Positions 36,280 to 50,803 are shown, counted from the stretch's first letter. The stretch: DNA of 64,000 nucleotides from Octopus sinensis (GCF_006345805.1 NC_043019.1:1240001-1304000); one strand, 5' to 3'. Numbers and translations: made by a program. Notes: generated by a model not told the origin, from the sequence alone.

Positions 36280-36862
36280 ATACAAGTTTAATAAGATAAA
36301 AATAAGAATTGACCAATTGTCCAAGCTGAAACATATATTGGCATATTCGAGATATGAAAATATAAAAATATATGAATACTAAAAGTAGACATGGACATAA
36401 AAATATGTTAATTTATAAAAATAATAATATTATAATATATAGAAAAAAACGATTTTTGTTTTTGAAGTTAAAATATGGTATACAGGAAAATAATAGGCAT
36501 TATAAAGAATTATGGGTTACATGTTAGACGAAGATAAAGTATTCATATATTTTTCTATCTCTCATATATCATTATAAGATTCAGCGTGGACAATTGATAC
36601 ATTTATCTTAAATAAAACTGTAAATACATATATATATAGTTTGGCTAATTTGAATTTTTTTTCTATTGTATCCACTATACTTATTTAAAGCCTCAGGCTC
36701 TACTTGAACATTTCTATGGTGTCTAGGTTTCGAAAGAAATGCACCACGCTGCGTAAATGCACCACGCTGTTATGGGACTCTGAAGTCGAACAACTTTAAT
36801 AAATATACATTGCGCCGAAAGGGACGGAATGTAACTTGGAAATTGCCTTTTAAAACCAGATT

Positions 36863-37027
36863 TAGTCACAAAGCATTACTGATTTTATGCTGAGCATCTG
36901 TATATGGTATGTTGGATACGTTTGCTGTTCGCTTCATATGTACAGATGTGTTCTGATTATGTTGGCACTGATGAGTGTAAAGTGTATTATGTATGCTAAC
37001 CATGAAATCATTAATGATTTGCGAGTT
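36863..37027. mobile_element. ~165-bp MITE-like element
   Basis: Termini TAGTCACAAAGCATTACTGATTTTATG / CATGAAATCATTAATGATTTGCGAGT; an inverted second copy lies at 38290-38458. Confidence 0.7.
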
Positions 37028-38239
37028 AATCTGTTTTATAAGGTAGCTTCCAAGTTACATGCCCCACCTTTCAGTGTTGTGTATGATTATTAAAGTAGCG
37101 AGAGGAATTTGCGTGTAGTAACAGCCATTAATATAATGAATATATTTAAAAGGGAAAAATTATAAATTTTGTATTATTTTTTTCCTGAACTAGTTTTTGT
37201 AATCTAATTAATTATGTTCAACCATGAATCTGCCTGATTCTTATAGCATTGTACGAACTGATCGTCTGCATGAATGAAAATTCTCTTATGTAGTTTAAGA
37301 TTTTCTCCTCTCCATTTTTAATAACATTGTTGAATTCTCTCCATACATTCATATAACACACCATATACAAGTACTATTTTCATATTCGCAAACTTACAGC
37401 AGTAAGCTACTAGCAAAATGTGAAGGGTTTGTATTAGAAAAATTTCTTTGGAAACATCGAAATTAAAGGACGAATCTAATTCACTCTTTTTGCACATATA
37501 TACACATATGTATAGATATATATGCATCAACATACATATACTTACGTAAACAATTATGTATTTGTTTGTGTGCTTGGGATGTGTGTCTGTGTATCCATAC
37601 AGGCAATATTCACTGATCGATGGATATTTTTTTCCCTGTTCTAACGATAATCTAGGTTACTCCGTAAACCCATTAAACCTAAGTCAATATTAAGAATATT
37701 TTTCTTTCTTTATGTGTACGTGTCTTATATGTGTAGGTGTTTGTGATATGCGTTTGTGTGCATAGGTGTTTGTGTTTCTGTGTATAGACTAAGAATGTTT
37801 ATGCAGAGTAAGCATTTAATGAAATCAATGTTTTTACAGTCAAATTAGTATTGCGACTTAACTTGTGATGAAATTAATTAAATTAGGAGTATGTAATTTA
37901 CATTTAAAATAAGTATATGCCAACCATTGTGCAGTTGCAAAAACATGTTTTCATCTTTCCAATAGAATGCTTTCCATTCCTTACATAATTATCTTAATAA
38001 AATGTATTTCTATAAATATTTGCATAAAGTTTATCTGAGTAATAAAAATAAAACAAATAAACGGCATAAGTTACGCCGATAAATTATTTTTGAATATTCT
38101 AATTTGTTTTCCACTTAATGGAATATAACGAAGTAAAACATGGGAGCTGGATTCTTCAAATTAAAATATATTTGACACTTAACAGCTTGGTATTTGAATA
38201 TAACTAAATGTGTATTAGAATACTGCTATAAATGTATTA

Positions 38240-38747
38240 CCGTGGTCGCGGCACTCCGTCGGTTACGACTACGAGGGTTCCACTTGATCCGATCATTAAT
38301 GATTTCATGGTTAGTGTACATAATGCACTTTACACTCATCAGTGCCAACATAATCACAACACATAAAATGAACATCTGTACATAGCAAGCGAACAGCAAA
38401 CGTATCCAGCATACCATATACAAACGCTCATCATGAAATCATTAATGATTTGCGACTAATTAACGTGCAAGTGGCTCAGAACTTCACAAACACGTGTACC
38501 TTTAACGTAGTTCTCGGCGAGATTCAGCGTGACACGGAGTGTGACAAAGCTGGCCATTTTGATATATAGGTACAACAAAAACAGGGAGAAAGTTGTGAGA
38601 AACTTGTGGTGAAAGAGTACAGCAGGATTTGCCACCACCTCCTGCCGGAGCCTCGTGGAGCTTTAAGTATTTTCTTTAAATAAACATTCGAAACCGCGAT
38701 CCCAAGACCGCGAGTCCGCTGCTCTAAACATTGGTCCACTGCACCTC
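38240..38747 (-). mobile_element. SINE group C interrupted by the MITE at 38290-38458
   Basis: Inverse homology to 9341-9704 on both sides of the insert. Confidence 0.85.
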
Positions 38748-38789
38748 ATTGTATTGTCGTAGTACACCTTTGAACATGATATAGCAGCA

Positions 38790-38990
38790 AATTGCTGAGT
38801 AGGTAGGATTGTTTGCAAAATCGGACAAAGTGCTTAGAAGCAGATTCTCCAGCACTCTACGATCTAAGTTCAAATCAAGCAGAGGTCAACTTTTCCTCAC
38901 ATCTTTGGAAGAATGTATCAATAACGTACAGGTGTCGATGCAGTTGACTTGTTCTCTCCACCAACAAATTACTGGCCTTCAACCTCACAA
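38790..38990 (+). mobile_element. Old SINE group B-like copy
   Basis: Degenerate AAGTTCAAATC..GAGGTCAACTTT motifs. Confidence 0.45.
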
Positions 38991-39512
38991 CGGGCCACCG
39001 TTTGTGGGGAAAATGTTGTGGCCTCGGTTAAATACCTGCATGGATTAAGAAAAAGACAGCATTTCAACATAACAACAGATATATTAATGCAATTATTATA
39101 CTTACACCTGTATCAGGCTAGTCCTCGGGGGGATATTGTCGACCCGTCCCTTACGCTGAAACATCGCTGACCTTGAACGCTACAACGGACCGGCGTCTCG
39201 CTCAAAGTGGGTCTGGGGAATGTTGTAGCCTCAGTCTTACTGCCATGGAATCCTATTTCAACAGAAAAATAAATTCATTATTAAATTTTTTATTCTTAAA
39301 CCTGTATTTTTATAATGCTTCTAAGAGTATGTGCAAGGGTGTTGTTACAGCATACTTTATTGTTACCAGCCAAATAAAGATTGAACTCTGCCATAAGTTT
39401 GAGCCCCTCTCTCACTTTGAAATATAAAACCAACCAACCACTAAAGTACTTTCGTATATAATCATTTATACGAGTATTTCTATAAAGACATCAGTGATTC
39501 TTTATTTCATTA

Positions 39513-39726
39513 TACTCTTTTACTCTTTTACTTGTTTCAGTCATGTGACTGTGGCCATGATGGTGCACCGCCTTTAGTCGAGCAAATCGACCCCAGGACT
39601 TATTCTTTGTTAGCCTAGTATTTATTCTATCGGTCTCTTTTGCCGAACCGCTAAGTTACGGGGACGTAAACACACCAGCATCGGTTGTAAAGCGATGTTG
39701 GGGGACAAACACAGACACACACGTAC

Positions 39727-39778
<52 letters not shown>

Positions 39779-39927
39779 TATGACGGGTTTCTTTCAGTTT
39801 CCGTCCACCAAATTCACTCACAAGGCTTTGGTAGAAGACATTTGCCCAAGGTGCCACGCAGTGGGTCTGAACCCGGAACCATGTGGTTCTTAAGTAAGCT
39901 ACTTACGACACAGCCACTCCTACGCCT
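39513..39927 (-). mobile_element. SINE group A, full length with small head deletion
   Basis: Homology to the other copies. Confidence 0.92.
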
Positions 39928-40189
39928 GTTATGTAAATATTTTTTGCAGCTGGAAATATAAACAAGAATAATTTATGTGCTGTACATATGGACAATAGTC
40001 AAGCAATCCAATTAAAACTTACCGCATCATCAATCACATCTAACAACCAAGAACTTATAAAACAAAACAAGCCAGAATTAATATTTTTCTTGAGAGACAA
40101 TGGAGAAAATGTTCATTATATTTAAAACACCCACTATATTGCGACATCGTTGTTGTTTTAGAAATTGAAATCAAAATAACTATGTGATT

Positions 40190-40720
40190 AATTAATAATA
40201 TCTTGCAGCCTTTTTATTCAATATTGCCTCATATCCAAAGATGACTTTGCTATGAAATTATAAAGCAAAATTATATAAGCAGTAAGAGCAAAACAGCAAT
40301 TTATTATAATTTGGTTTCTCTTGTCAATGCACAAAAAGGTAAAAAAAAAAGCAATCCAATCTCCATTAGCTGTATTGTTTCTCTTGCGAGACGTAACTGA
40401 TTACATCCGATTAACATTGAGAATGTGTACCTTTCCACAACGGAAAGAAAAAGAAAATGTCGGAACGTTTTTATTGTATGTCATCAAGAATAGTTATTAG
40501 TGATGAATAGGTGCTGTAAATACAAGTTGTATCATGGTTACTTATCGGCTGCGTAATTACAAATTACCTGCAATGGTTTTGAATACTGATAGCATTCGCT
40601 GGTCAATTGTCTATTTTGCGTTTTATGATTTTAAATTGGTATTGTTAAGTCCATAAAGGTAAGCGCTAATGGTAAAAATTGTTTCTTGCGATTCTTCTTT
40701 GTTCGATGGAAAATGGGGTT
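40190..40720 (-). pseudogene. Putative highly decayed class A GPCR fragment
   Basis: One minus frame reads FRHFLFLSVVERYTFSMLIGCNQLRLARETIQLMEIGLLFFYLFVH; the ERY-type motif is intact (VVERY at 40427-40441) and is followed by a TM4-like hydrophobic run. Confidence 0.38.
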
Positions 40721-41631
40721 GTAATTATTTTTTCCTACAAGTAAATACAAATGTGTGTGTATGTGTGTGTTTGTGTATGTTGTTGTAAGGTTTCGTATGC
40801 AGTTTTAGAAAGGAGTATGATGCGAATTTCATTATTTGGCTAAAGAAACTCATTATCAGAAATAGGAAACGGTTTTCCGTTTCAGCAAGTAAGGAATTAA
40901 TTTTTTAAACATTTTTCTGCTGATAGTAATATATTTTCAAAACGGATTTATATAGGTAATTATGTATTTTCATACATGTCGTAACTGGCTTATAAAAACG
41001 CATAACATGCTTACGTCGAATCACGTAATGAAGTGAGCTAAATGCAAAGACGGTAAACCTACACACCGAATGCAAGTTTGTTAAAGTGTGTGTAGCTGCA
41101 ACGATACGAACGTCTTGAGGAAAGTAATATCGGTGGAAAATTCTTGTTTATAAGAAACAGCATTTTTTATTGTATAAATTAAGGTATAAGAGAAAGCGGT
41201 ATAGCATTTACCCCTCACTTGCTTCAGTCATTAGGCTGTGGCTGTGCTGGGACACCGTCTTGTGTACAATTCCTGAAAAAGGTAAGCTAGCCAATATGAT
41301 AAAGGTATTACAGTTTTTCTTATTTGAAGTTACTTATTTTGGGCTAGTGAATGGGGGCGGTTGTGAGTGACCATTCCTATCAACAATTCTCCCAAACTGA
41401 GAAAATGGTCGCGGTTAATGCTTCTCAAGGGTGATTCAAAGTTAATGAGAAGAATTCATGCGCACTAGATTTTGCGATGTACACAATATGAGTGATGTGA
41501 GACGGTGTGACGTGTAATTCAGGAGCGGTTGTTTGAAACGGGCCATATTCAAAGGAAAGCGGTAGTAGATATAACATATGAGTAAGGGCACTTGCGACTC
41601 AGAGTTTGGAAAGCGCTGGCGAGTAAATTAA

Positions 41632-41924
41632 TTTGTTTGTTCCTTCTCGAGCCATGCCTTGCTCATAAGGGCCGGTTTTCCGGTTTCCTCGGCGTATAGG
41701 TTCCCCACCTAGACGGGAGCTGGGTCTGTCGCAGGAGGGCTGCAAGATGCAGAAGGAAAAAGTGAGAGAAAGTTGTGGCGAGAGATTCAGCAGAAGTTCG
41801 CCGTTACCTTCTGCCGTAGCAGGTGTTTTGCTCATGAACACACACATCGCCCGGTCTGAGATTCGAATCCGCGATCCCTCGAACGCGAGTCCGCTGCTCT
41901 AACCACTAGACCATGTTCCTCCAC
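41632..41924 (-). mobile_element. SINE group C head with GGAAACCGG-type tail, 11-bp TSD
   Basis: TSD GGCGAGTAAAT at 41618-41628 and 41925-41935. Confidence 0.88.
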
Positions 41925-42156
41925 GGCGAGTAAATGTCAGCTATTTGGGTGGCCCTGTTTTGATAGGGTTACACTGAAAATAAATATAGCAGTAACAGAG
42001 ATTTATATGCGAGAAAGGATTTTATTAGGGCTTTCACTTCACGCTTCTTGAAAAATTTTACTGAGGTATGAAATATAGACTGGACTTGAGAAAGTCCATT
42101 TAGTGGGTAGATATTCGATAATGATATAACTGCTGTTTTAGCCACAAAGCAGCATA

Positions 42157-42408
42157 TTGTCAAGTGATGTTGGGGCGACAAACACAGACACACAAACATA
42201 TACACACACACATATATATATATGTATATATATATAAATATATACGACGGGCTTCTTTCAGTTTCCGTCTACCAAATCCACTCATAAGGCTTTGGTCGGT
42301 CCGAGGCTATAGTAGATGACACTTGCCCAAGGTGCCACGCAGTGGGACTGAGCTTGGAACCATGTGGTTCTTAAGCAAGCTACTTACCACACAGCCACTC
42401 CTACGCCT
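42157..42408 (-). mobile_element. SINE group A, 3' truncated
   Basis: Head plus internal microsatellite. Confidence 0.9.
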
Positions 42409-42719
42409 ATGTTACTATGATATGAGAAGCGAAATGAAAGGCTGGATGTTAAAGATATATCACGTATGGATTATGTTTACGGGAACTCAATATATATGAC
42501 CTCCATGGTGATTTTCAGTAGCTAAATAATGTTTCTCAGCTACAAATAATAAAAGTCATATCAGCTGACTATCTGCTTTCCTTCCTATATCAGGCATTTT
42601 TCAATCAGCACTGATCTTATTCATAACTCAAATAAAATGAAAGCAACATATTACAGTTTCCTGCATTTGGAATAGAATTAGCAAAATTGATGGTGTAGAA
42701 ACTTGTTGAGCGTTCCAAT

Positions 42720-43610
42720 AATTTGGATCAATTTCAAAAAGTGATTTTGAGATTTACAAACGCGTAAGTTCAAACAACGGATTTGAGTCACTTGTTTTGA
42801 TACACCTCCTGATAACTTACATCTTTAGCAATCTCACTTACAGCCAGATAATCTAAATTAAATTATGCACAAATTGCTTCGATATCTAAATATAATAACT
42901 TACCGATTTGGGATTAGTATGAATACTTTTCATCGTATCTTCAAGACATTAAAAGTTTAGCCACTTTTGATAAATCTATCGCAGGAAGTTACATCACTGT
43001 TTCATACAAACTACAGGTGTGAAAAATATTCTCTTAGCATTTAATTTTAAGCAGGATTAATTTACATGCTAGACTTACGGACAAAACTCTAGCAATCCAT
43101 TTAAGAATTGCTGCATCATCAAACACACCTAACGACCTTTAGCGTTTGTAAAGAAATCACAATGAGTATTTTCCTTGTGGTGAAATTTTAGAAGTTTCAT
43201 TATATTTAAAACATTGTATTGTAATATCTCTGTTGCTTCAGTAGATAAGGCAAAATTGATGTATGGTTAATTATTACTTTAAGTGATTTTAATATTGCTT
43301 AATGTAAAATATTTATGTTGCTATGAAATTATGAAATCATATATAACTTACTTTTCATGGAATTCGCTCACAGATTCTTATAAGAATAAAATGTTCTTCA
43401 AACTTGTTACTAAAAACATCTCCCTCTATTTTCTCTATGCACACATATGTCTACTAGATATACAGCTAAATCCCTTTCAAGTCACATGTGGCTGTCTTAA
43501 ATGGAGCTGTACATATTTCGAGTGTGGTACAGGAACAGGTGCGATGATCTTTGCTGAATTACCTTCTAATCAAATTCCTACACTACCATAACTAACTACA
43601 TAAGCGTACA
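42720..43610 (-). pseudogene. Putative highly decayed class A GPCR (TM1 to helix 8)
   Basis: Minus strand YVVSYGSVGI*LEGNSAKII (TM1 GN-like, 43555-43581) and, ~800 bp downstream, KSVV*TYAFVNLKITF*N*SKLL (TM7/helix 8-like); the spacing fits a receptor. Confidence 0.4.
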
Positions 43611-44777
43611 ATGTAACTGTCTGACTTACAATTCAGACTAAAATGTCTCAAACATGTATGCATTTGTATAATTAGCAGAGGGATTTGATGATTTTCTCTT
43701 TTACTCTGCGACTTCTCAAATATGAAAAATCAGTCATCATTAATGTACTAAGATTACCTCCCAAAACGCAAAAAACTCAGCAACCTCTTATCTTAAAGAG
43801 ATGATTTATAAAATTATAATAAAGGTACAATGTAAAAGGTTGTACAGCAAACTGAATAGTATTGTTTTATGTTGCCAAGTAATCAATATGAACCGATTAA
43901 TTAATGCAAAGTCTAATTGTTCGCATGGTTTTTAATTATATTTCTCATTCTTCAGTTGTTCTTCCTACTGTGAAATAGGATATAATAAAACCAGGATAGT
44001 GATTATCAAACAACTCTAATTCATACAAGATGACATGTGGGTCTATGTGTGTGTGTGTGCGTGTTTGTGTGTGTATATGTGTGTGTGCGTGCGTGTGTGT
44101 GTGTGTGTGTGTTTCGTTTCCTTTTGTGCCTTTACAAAGGCTTTCTTTTCGTATCCTTCTAATTCGAAATATTGTTTGATTCTCATAACTCTTCCCGGTA
44201 ATACAATAATAATGAATGTTACCTGTATATTTTTATATGCTGTCTTTTTAATGTTCCTAATCTCTTTTAGAGAAAGTTGTTATTCTTTATAATAAATTAT
44301 CTTTAAATGTTGTAAACTCTTGTAAATTAGCTCAGCTCAAAATTTGAAAAGGTTTCTATTCAATTCTTGATTGCTTCATGATAAAACAGATTTTGTTTGC
44401 TTTTTTATTTTTTATTTTCGCTCTCTAAATATTCCATTCTCTGCAATTTTAAAACTCACCGTGATTACATTCAGGCAAAAGTAAATTTACGACTTTTTCT
44501 CAAAAATTCGTTTTCGTCACAAAGTAATAAATCTCAAAGTTTCAAATGCCATTCATGTTTTCGGATGTAATTTATCTGAAATAATAGGCCGAAAGTCTAA
44601 GCAGAAATTACCTGTTGAGCCGATGTGCATTCTCCTTGATTAAATATCTCGGTTGGGTGAACCATAATTGTACTACACATGGGCATCCTCGATCTTATCG
44701 GTCTTTTTCTTACTCTCCGTCTGTCTGTATGTCTGTCTGTCTCTCTCTCTCTCTCTTTGCATAAACATACATGCATA

Positions 44778-44884
44778 TAAAGGAACGGTGCAATAAGCGT
44801 GTGAATTTGAGAGTGGGATATGTGAATAAATAATTAACTGATCCTCCTGTGTTTTCTCTTCCCCAAAGCCAAAAGGTTTTCATC

Positions 44885-44929
<45 letters not shown>

Positions 44930-45081
44930 CACACATTTACACACGCGAAAACACATACACATTTAGGAATTTGTGCTGAAAACCTTTTGGCTTTGGGGAA
45001 GAGAAAACACAGGAGGATCAGTTAATTATTTATTCACATATCCCACTCTCAAATTCACACACTTATTGCATCGTTCCTTTA
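44778..45081. repeat. Inverted repeat with 113-bp arms around a (TA)n-containing spacer
   Basis: 44778-44890 is the reverse complement of 44969-45081 with few mismatches. Confidence 0.92.
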
Positions 45082-45123
45082 GTTTATTTAAGCCATGTAA
45101 AAGAACTCGGAAGGTTGGGCGTG

Positions 45124-45285
<162 letters not shown>

Positions 45286-45857
45286 GATGTTGTAAATGAG
45301 TCAGACAATACTGAGACAGTGTATCTAAGTTTAAAATTTCACCTCGGTTTATGTGATCGCACGAGGTGATCGAAGGGAGAAATACGTTGACTCGTGTTAT
45401 GAAATCGAGCTTAATTTTGCACGAGTCACCACTCTTTACAGATGAAGTACGTTCGAGTTTTGAGGTTATTGATGCCTTCTTACAGCCTAGTGTTGCGTAG
45501 AAGCTCGAATGCCAATTCGTCGTATTTATTATATTTACCATAGAAATATCTCTCTTTGAATGTAGTATTATATAAGAGTCTCTAAACGTAGAATGATTAA
45601 AGAAAGAATGATTAAATAAAGCTAATTTACTTAAGTACTTAAAGCGAATTAATAGCATATATAAATTGAATGTATCTGATTGGATATTATCGCAACACCA
45701 AAGAAAACTTTTGATAATCCCACACAAAATTTCACAGAGAAATTCGCTATCAACATATTGTCTCCATACATTTTTTAGATATTGGAACGACACCAAATAA
45801 TATTGTAATTATTAGTTTATATCATTTGCATTGTTTTGGATGTAAAAATATTGAAAA

Positions 45858-45890
<33 letters not shown>

Positions 45891-45998
45891 CCCTTTCTCT
45901 CTCTCTCCTTCTCTCCCTGTCCCTGTTTCCCATGGGTTATAGGGGTTCTGTGAAGATTCATTGCCACTGCTTCCTCACTTGATAAGTGTATTTGTTTC

Positions 45999-46062
<64 letters not shown>

Positions 46063-46130
46063 ATCTCTACACACCAAGCGCGCTTACCTCCACACGCATG
46101 TATATATACACATACATACAAACATATATG

Positions 46131-46433
46131 TATTCTTTTACTTGTTTCAGTCATTTGACTGCAGCCATACTGGAGCACTGCCTTTAGTCGAACAAATTGG
46201 AGCCAGAACTTATTATTTGTAAGATTAGTACTTATTCTATCGGTCTGTTTTGCCGAACATTTACGGGGACGTGAACACACCAACGTCGATTGTCAAGCGA
46301 TTAGACACACACGCACAAATATATACACACACACACAAACACACGCATATATAAATAGATAGATATATACGACGTGCTTCTTTCTGTTTCCGACTGAACT
46401 CGGAATCATGTGGTTAGGAAGCAAACTGCGCCT
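46131..46433 (-). mobile_element. SINE group A with deleted head interior
   Basis: Tail half intact; the head is collapsed to TTTCCG-ACTGAAC. Confidence 0.85.
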
Positions 46434-46443
46434 CATACATACG

Positions 46444-46478
<35 letters not shown>

Positions 46479-46540
46479 TATATATATATACACATATATA
46501 TACATATATACATATATATATATACATATATTATATATAC

Positions 46541-46596
<56 letters not shown>

Positions 46597-46598
<2 letters not shown>

Positions 46599-47116
46599 CG
46601 GGAAGCTTTATGAAAATAAACAAAAGACGAAGGCAGGTGGAAAACAAACGAACAATTGTATTAGTATGGCGCTCAGGAAATATAAATAAAACAAGTCTTT
46701 AACGTTTCGAGCCTACACTCTTCAACAGAAGGATACACAGAGAGAGAAAAACACAGAAAGAAGGAGAGAAAAAAATGTGTGCAGTAGCTAACGAATCAAC
46801 ATGGCGATCTGATTTCGGCCAGAGGTCAAAGATCAAACATGAGACGCGAGAGCGAAATAAGGGGAGATAATAGGGTTGATAAAGGGTTGAGGGACCAGCT
46901 AATAGTGCGTGGGAGGGGTCTGGATGTGTGTATGTATAGGGTTGGTGTATGTATTAGTATGTATAAGGGTGTGTGTGTGTGTGTGTGTATGAGAGAGTAT
47001 TAGTGCGTAGGATTGATATATATATATACATATATATATATATAATATATATATATATAACATATATATATACATATATATATATACATATATATATATC
47101 TACATATATATAATAT

Positions 47117-47148
<32 letters not shown>

Positions 47149-47566
47149 ACGGGAAGCTTTATGAAAATAAACAAAAGACGAAGGCAGGTGGAAAACAAAC
47201 GAACAATTGTATTAGTATGGCGCTCAGGAAATATAAATAAAACAAGTCTTTAACGTTTCGAGCCTACACTCTTCAACAGAAGGATACACAGAGAGAGAAA
47301 AACACAGAAAGAAGGAGAGAAAAAAATGTGTGCAGTAGCTAACGAATCAACATGGCGATCTGATTTCGGCCAGAGGTCAAAGATCAAACATGAGACGCGA
47401 GAGCGAAATAAGGGGAGATAATAGGGTTGATAAAGGGTTGAGGGACCAGCTAATAGTGCGTGGGAGGGGTCTGGATGTGTGTATGTATAGGGTTGGTGTA
47501 TGTATTAGTATGTATAAGGGTGTGTGTGTGTGTGTGTGTATGAGAGAGTATTAGTGCGTAGGATTG
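46597..47566. repeat. Two apparently identical 419-bp PLE-like units (46597-47015 and 47148-47566) separated by (TA)n
   Basis: Identical by eye; each carries a hammerhead-like remnant on the minus strand. Confidence 0.92.
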
Positions 47567-47743
<177 letters not shown>

Positions 47744-47756
47744 ATATATATATATC

Positions 47757-47801
<45 letters not shown>

Positions 47802-47999
47802 TAATTTATATACGTGTGTGTGTGTGTGTATTATATATGTACATAATACTTATGTGCATGCATACAAGCTTTCTCTCCCTCTTACACACAAATACATCCA
47901 CGCTTAATAATAGATCGCTGAGTTATCGATAATAATATATTAGCTAGTTCGCGTTGTTTTGGAAAATCATTATTTAAAATTTATTTTCACGGAGAAAAG

Positions 48000-48700
48000 A
48001 TGTCGAAGAAGTTTGCGTTAGTGATATAGAAAATTTATTCTAATATCGGTCACTTCACCATATTATTACCCGAGAGAATATGTTCACAAATAATTTCCGT
48101 GTGTCAATCATTTCATTATGTTGACATGCGATAAATGAGATATTCGATTCTGTTAACCACAATGCGTTACATAGGATTATCAGAAAACATTATTGCTTAA
48201 TACACTTCTTCGTCAAATAATACGTTCTCCAGAGAAACAAATGATAGTATTACACACATTCATAAAGATCGGTTTCCATTCTTTGATTATGATATTACAG
48301 TTTGTTTTCACTTTGAAGTATTTTCTATGCGATTCCATCAGCTACTAAATTGTACAGTTTTATTATAAACCCTAAATAGTTATAGAGAAGCTGCAGCTAA
48401 ATAATAACCATGTCACTTGTATAAAAACTGAATAGTTATTACATTATTAATTGCGACAACGGTCAGCGGGAATCAAGCTTCAATAAAGTCCTCTCGATTT
48501 CTAGTTCAAAACTTTCATATTTTTGCGTTATTTATGTAACAAAAGAACTCGGATAGGAGACAGAGTTTTTGTAGTCATCATCAAACTTGAATTCTTCGTT
48601 CGGATTATGAAAAAAATCGCATACTCAACAGCAACCAAAAATACCGCAAGGAACGGCTTTTCATAGATGGGTATAATAATGCCAGCTTTAATTTTGTTCA
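48000..48700 (-). pseudogene. Putative highly decayed class A GPCR (TM2-TM7 region)
   Basis: Minus frames give FLAVFLVAVEYAIFFII, SLIPADRC (48456-48479; DRY-like), VFIQVTWLLFSCSFS (TM4 Trp), CFLIILCNALW and IFYITNANFF in order. Confidence 0.42.
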
Positions 48701-48959
48701 TTTGTTTTCTCGGGTTTTGCCTCTGATCAAACCGGAGAATTTTAGATGCGTAATCGCAATCATCTCTACGTACTCAGTCCAAATTACTAGGTTATGCTTA
48801 GCAGGCACAGCCATTATAGAGGTATCAAAAAGTAATTCGAGATGTAATATGACGTCCATGACTTAACCTTTAGGGAAAATATAACTGAAACATATCACTG
48901 ATATTTCACGAATTACCAAAATAATTAACTTAACTATAGTTATTTTTCACGCGGACATT

Positions 48960-49090
48960 GTGTGCTGAGTTCAGATTCTACTCAGGTCGACTTTAGCTCT
49001 TTTCTTTCCGGGGCCAATAAAATAAGTACCTCTCATGCACTAAGGTCGATACATTCGACTTGTCACTTCTACACAAATTTCAGTCCTTGT
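48960..49090 (+). mobile_element. SINE group B-like fragment
   Basis: CTGAGTTCAGATTC..GGTCGACTTT..CCGGGGCCAATAAAATAAGTACC. Confidence 0.6.
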
Positions 49091-50304
49091 TCTTATATTA
49101 GCAACGGATATTACCGCATATGTTGGTGCTACCTTCCCTTATGGAGAGATATTCTACAAGTTACGTCTGAGATTTTTTTGATTGTTTTAATTTGGAAAGC
49201 GCGCAAGAAAATTGAATTGATTCTAATCAAACTGCACGCTTAGAGTCATTAATTAAATTTTGCCAGAATTATTTTAGTAATTTTATTAGTTTGACTAAAG
49301 TAGATGATATCGCAACTTCAGCATCTAGAAACAGTCTTTTTGTCTGCATTAAACGACAGGATGATACTTAAATTCGCAAGACTTTTATTCATTTACCTAT
49401 TGCTTACGTTCGTAGTTATTTTCAGGGAATTAAGGATTAAGCATTAGAACTTTCAATATTAATTAACAGGAAGAAATATCCTGACTGGAATGTTGGTGTT
49501 ATATTACTAGAAGTTACTCGTACTTATAGTTTACAAAGTGGACTATGAGATGACATAAAGAACAAGAGGAAGAATAGTAAATATACTCTATGGCGTTAAT
49601 ATTTTCTTCATTTTTCTAACGAAGCAAGTTCATCGTTAAAATTCTCAGATTACATGGTTGACGAGAAACAGCATAATGCATCGAGTACATGAATATAATA
49701 TTATTTCTAAAATTAAAATTTGATATCTAAAATAGAAATAAATGCACTTTTATATTTTTCATTTATACTTGAAGTTTAAATTAAAATACGCAAGAAGCGA
49801 TTTATTTTCAAATTTAGAAAAAATACAAATTGCATGCAAGTTTACATATTAAAAATTTGATACAACTTGATATATTTAGAAAATCACATAATAGCATTTA
49901 AGCAAAATTGACCATTATAACCCCTAATTGTTTTATTTGTTTGTTTGAACAACGTACACACTAATTTTTCTACGTATTTCACTCAATTTTTGCATCGCTT
50001 TTCACTTTTTGCATATTTTTCTAACTGTAACTAGAAAATAGCTTGTAATTTGATAATACAAATTTTAAAGAAGTTAAATAGTTTTTAGTGTCTTTAAATA
50101 TGCTTTATTGCTTTGAATTACATGACTTTAATTTTGTAACACAATATCTGTGATTTAGACATTTTGTATGATGTGTTTGGTTAAGAAAATAAAATTAAAA
50201 AAATTATATAATACTAAAAACAAGACAGATATATTTTAGTTTAATAAAAACAAAATTTTCCATCAAAAACATTAACTTAATTTTTTATTTTACTTTTGAA
50301 AAAA

Positions 50305-50339
<35 letters not shown>

Positions 50340-50359
50340 AATATATATATTTATTTATT

Positions 50360-50590
50360 TATTTAATATTTGAAGGAATAAAATCCACACTTACAAGGAA
50401 AAAAATTCAATTTAGAAATACTAAATCAAATTTCACACAATATAATATATATAAAAAAATTAGAAAAAACAACTTTTATCAATTAAAAATAAACAATTAA
50501 ATTACACCATCTAAAAATATCATATAATGGAAATATTAAAATTAAATAACCATAAAATGTCAATGATTAAGTAAATTGCAAACAAATAAT
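50360..50590 (-). mobile_element. Penelope-like fragment of the 6907/21557 family
   Basis: GGAATAAAATCCACACTTACAAGGAAAAAAATTCAATTTAG resembles the inverse of 7090-7150. Confidence 0.5.
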
Positions 50591-50596
50591 AAAAAC

Positions 50597-50638
<42 letters not shown>

Positions 50639-50772
50639 TATATATATTATATATATATATATACACATATGAATATATATATATATACACATATAAATAT
50701 ATATATATACATATATATACATATATATATACACACACACACATATATATATATATACATATATATATACAC

Positions 50773-50803
<31 letters not shown>

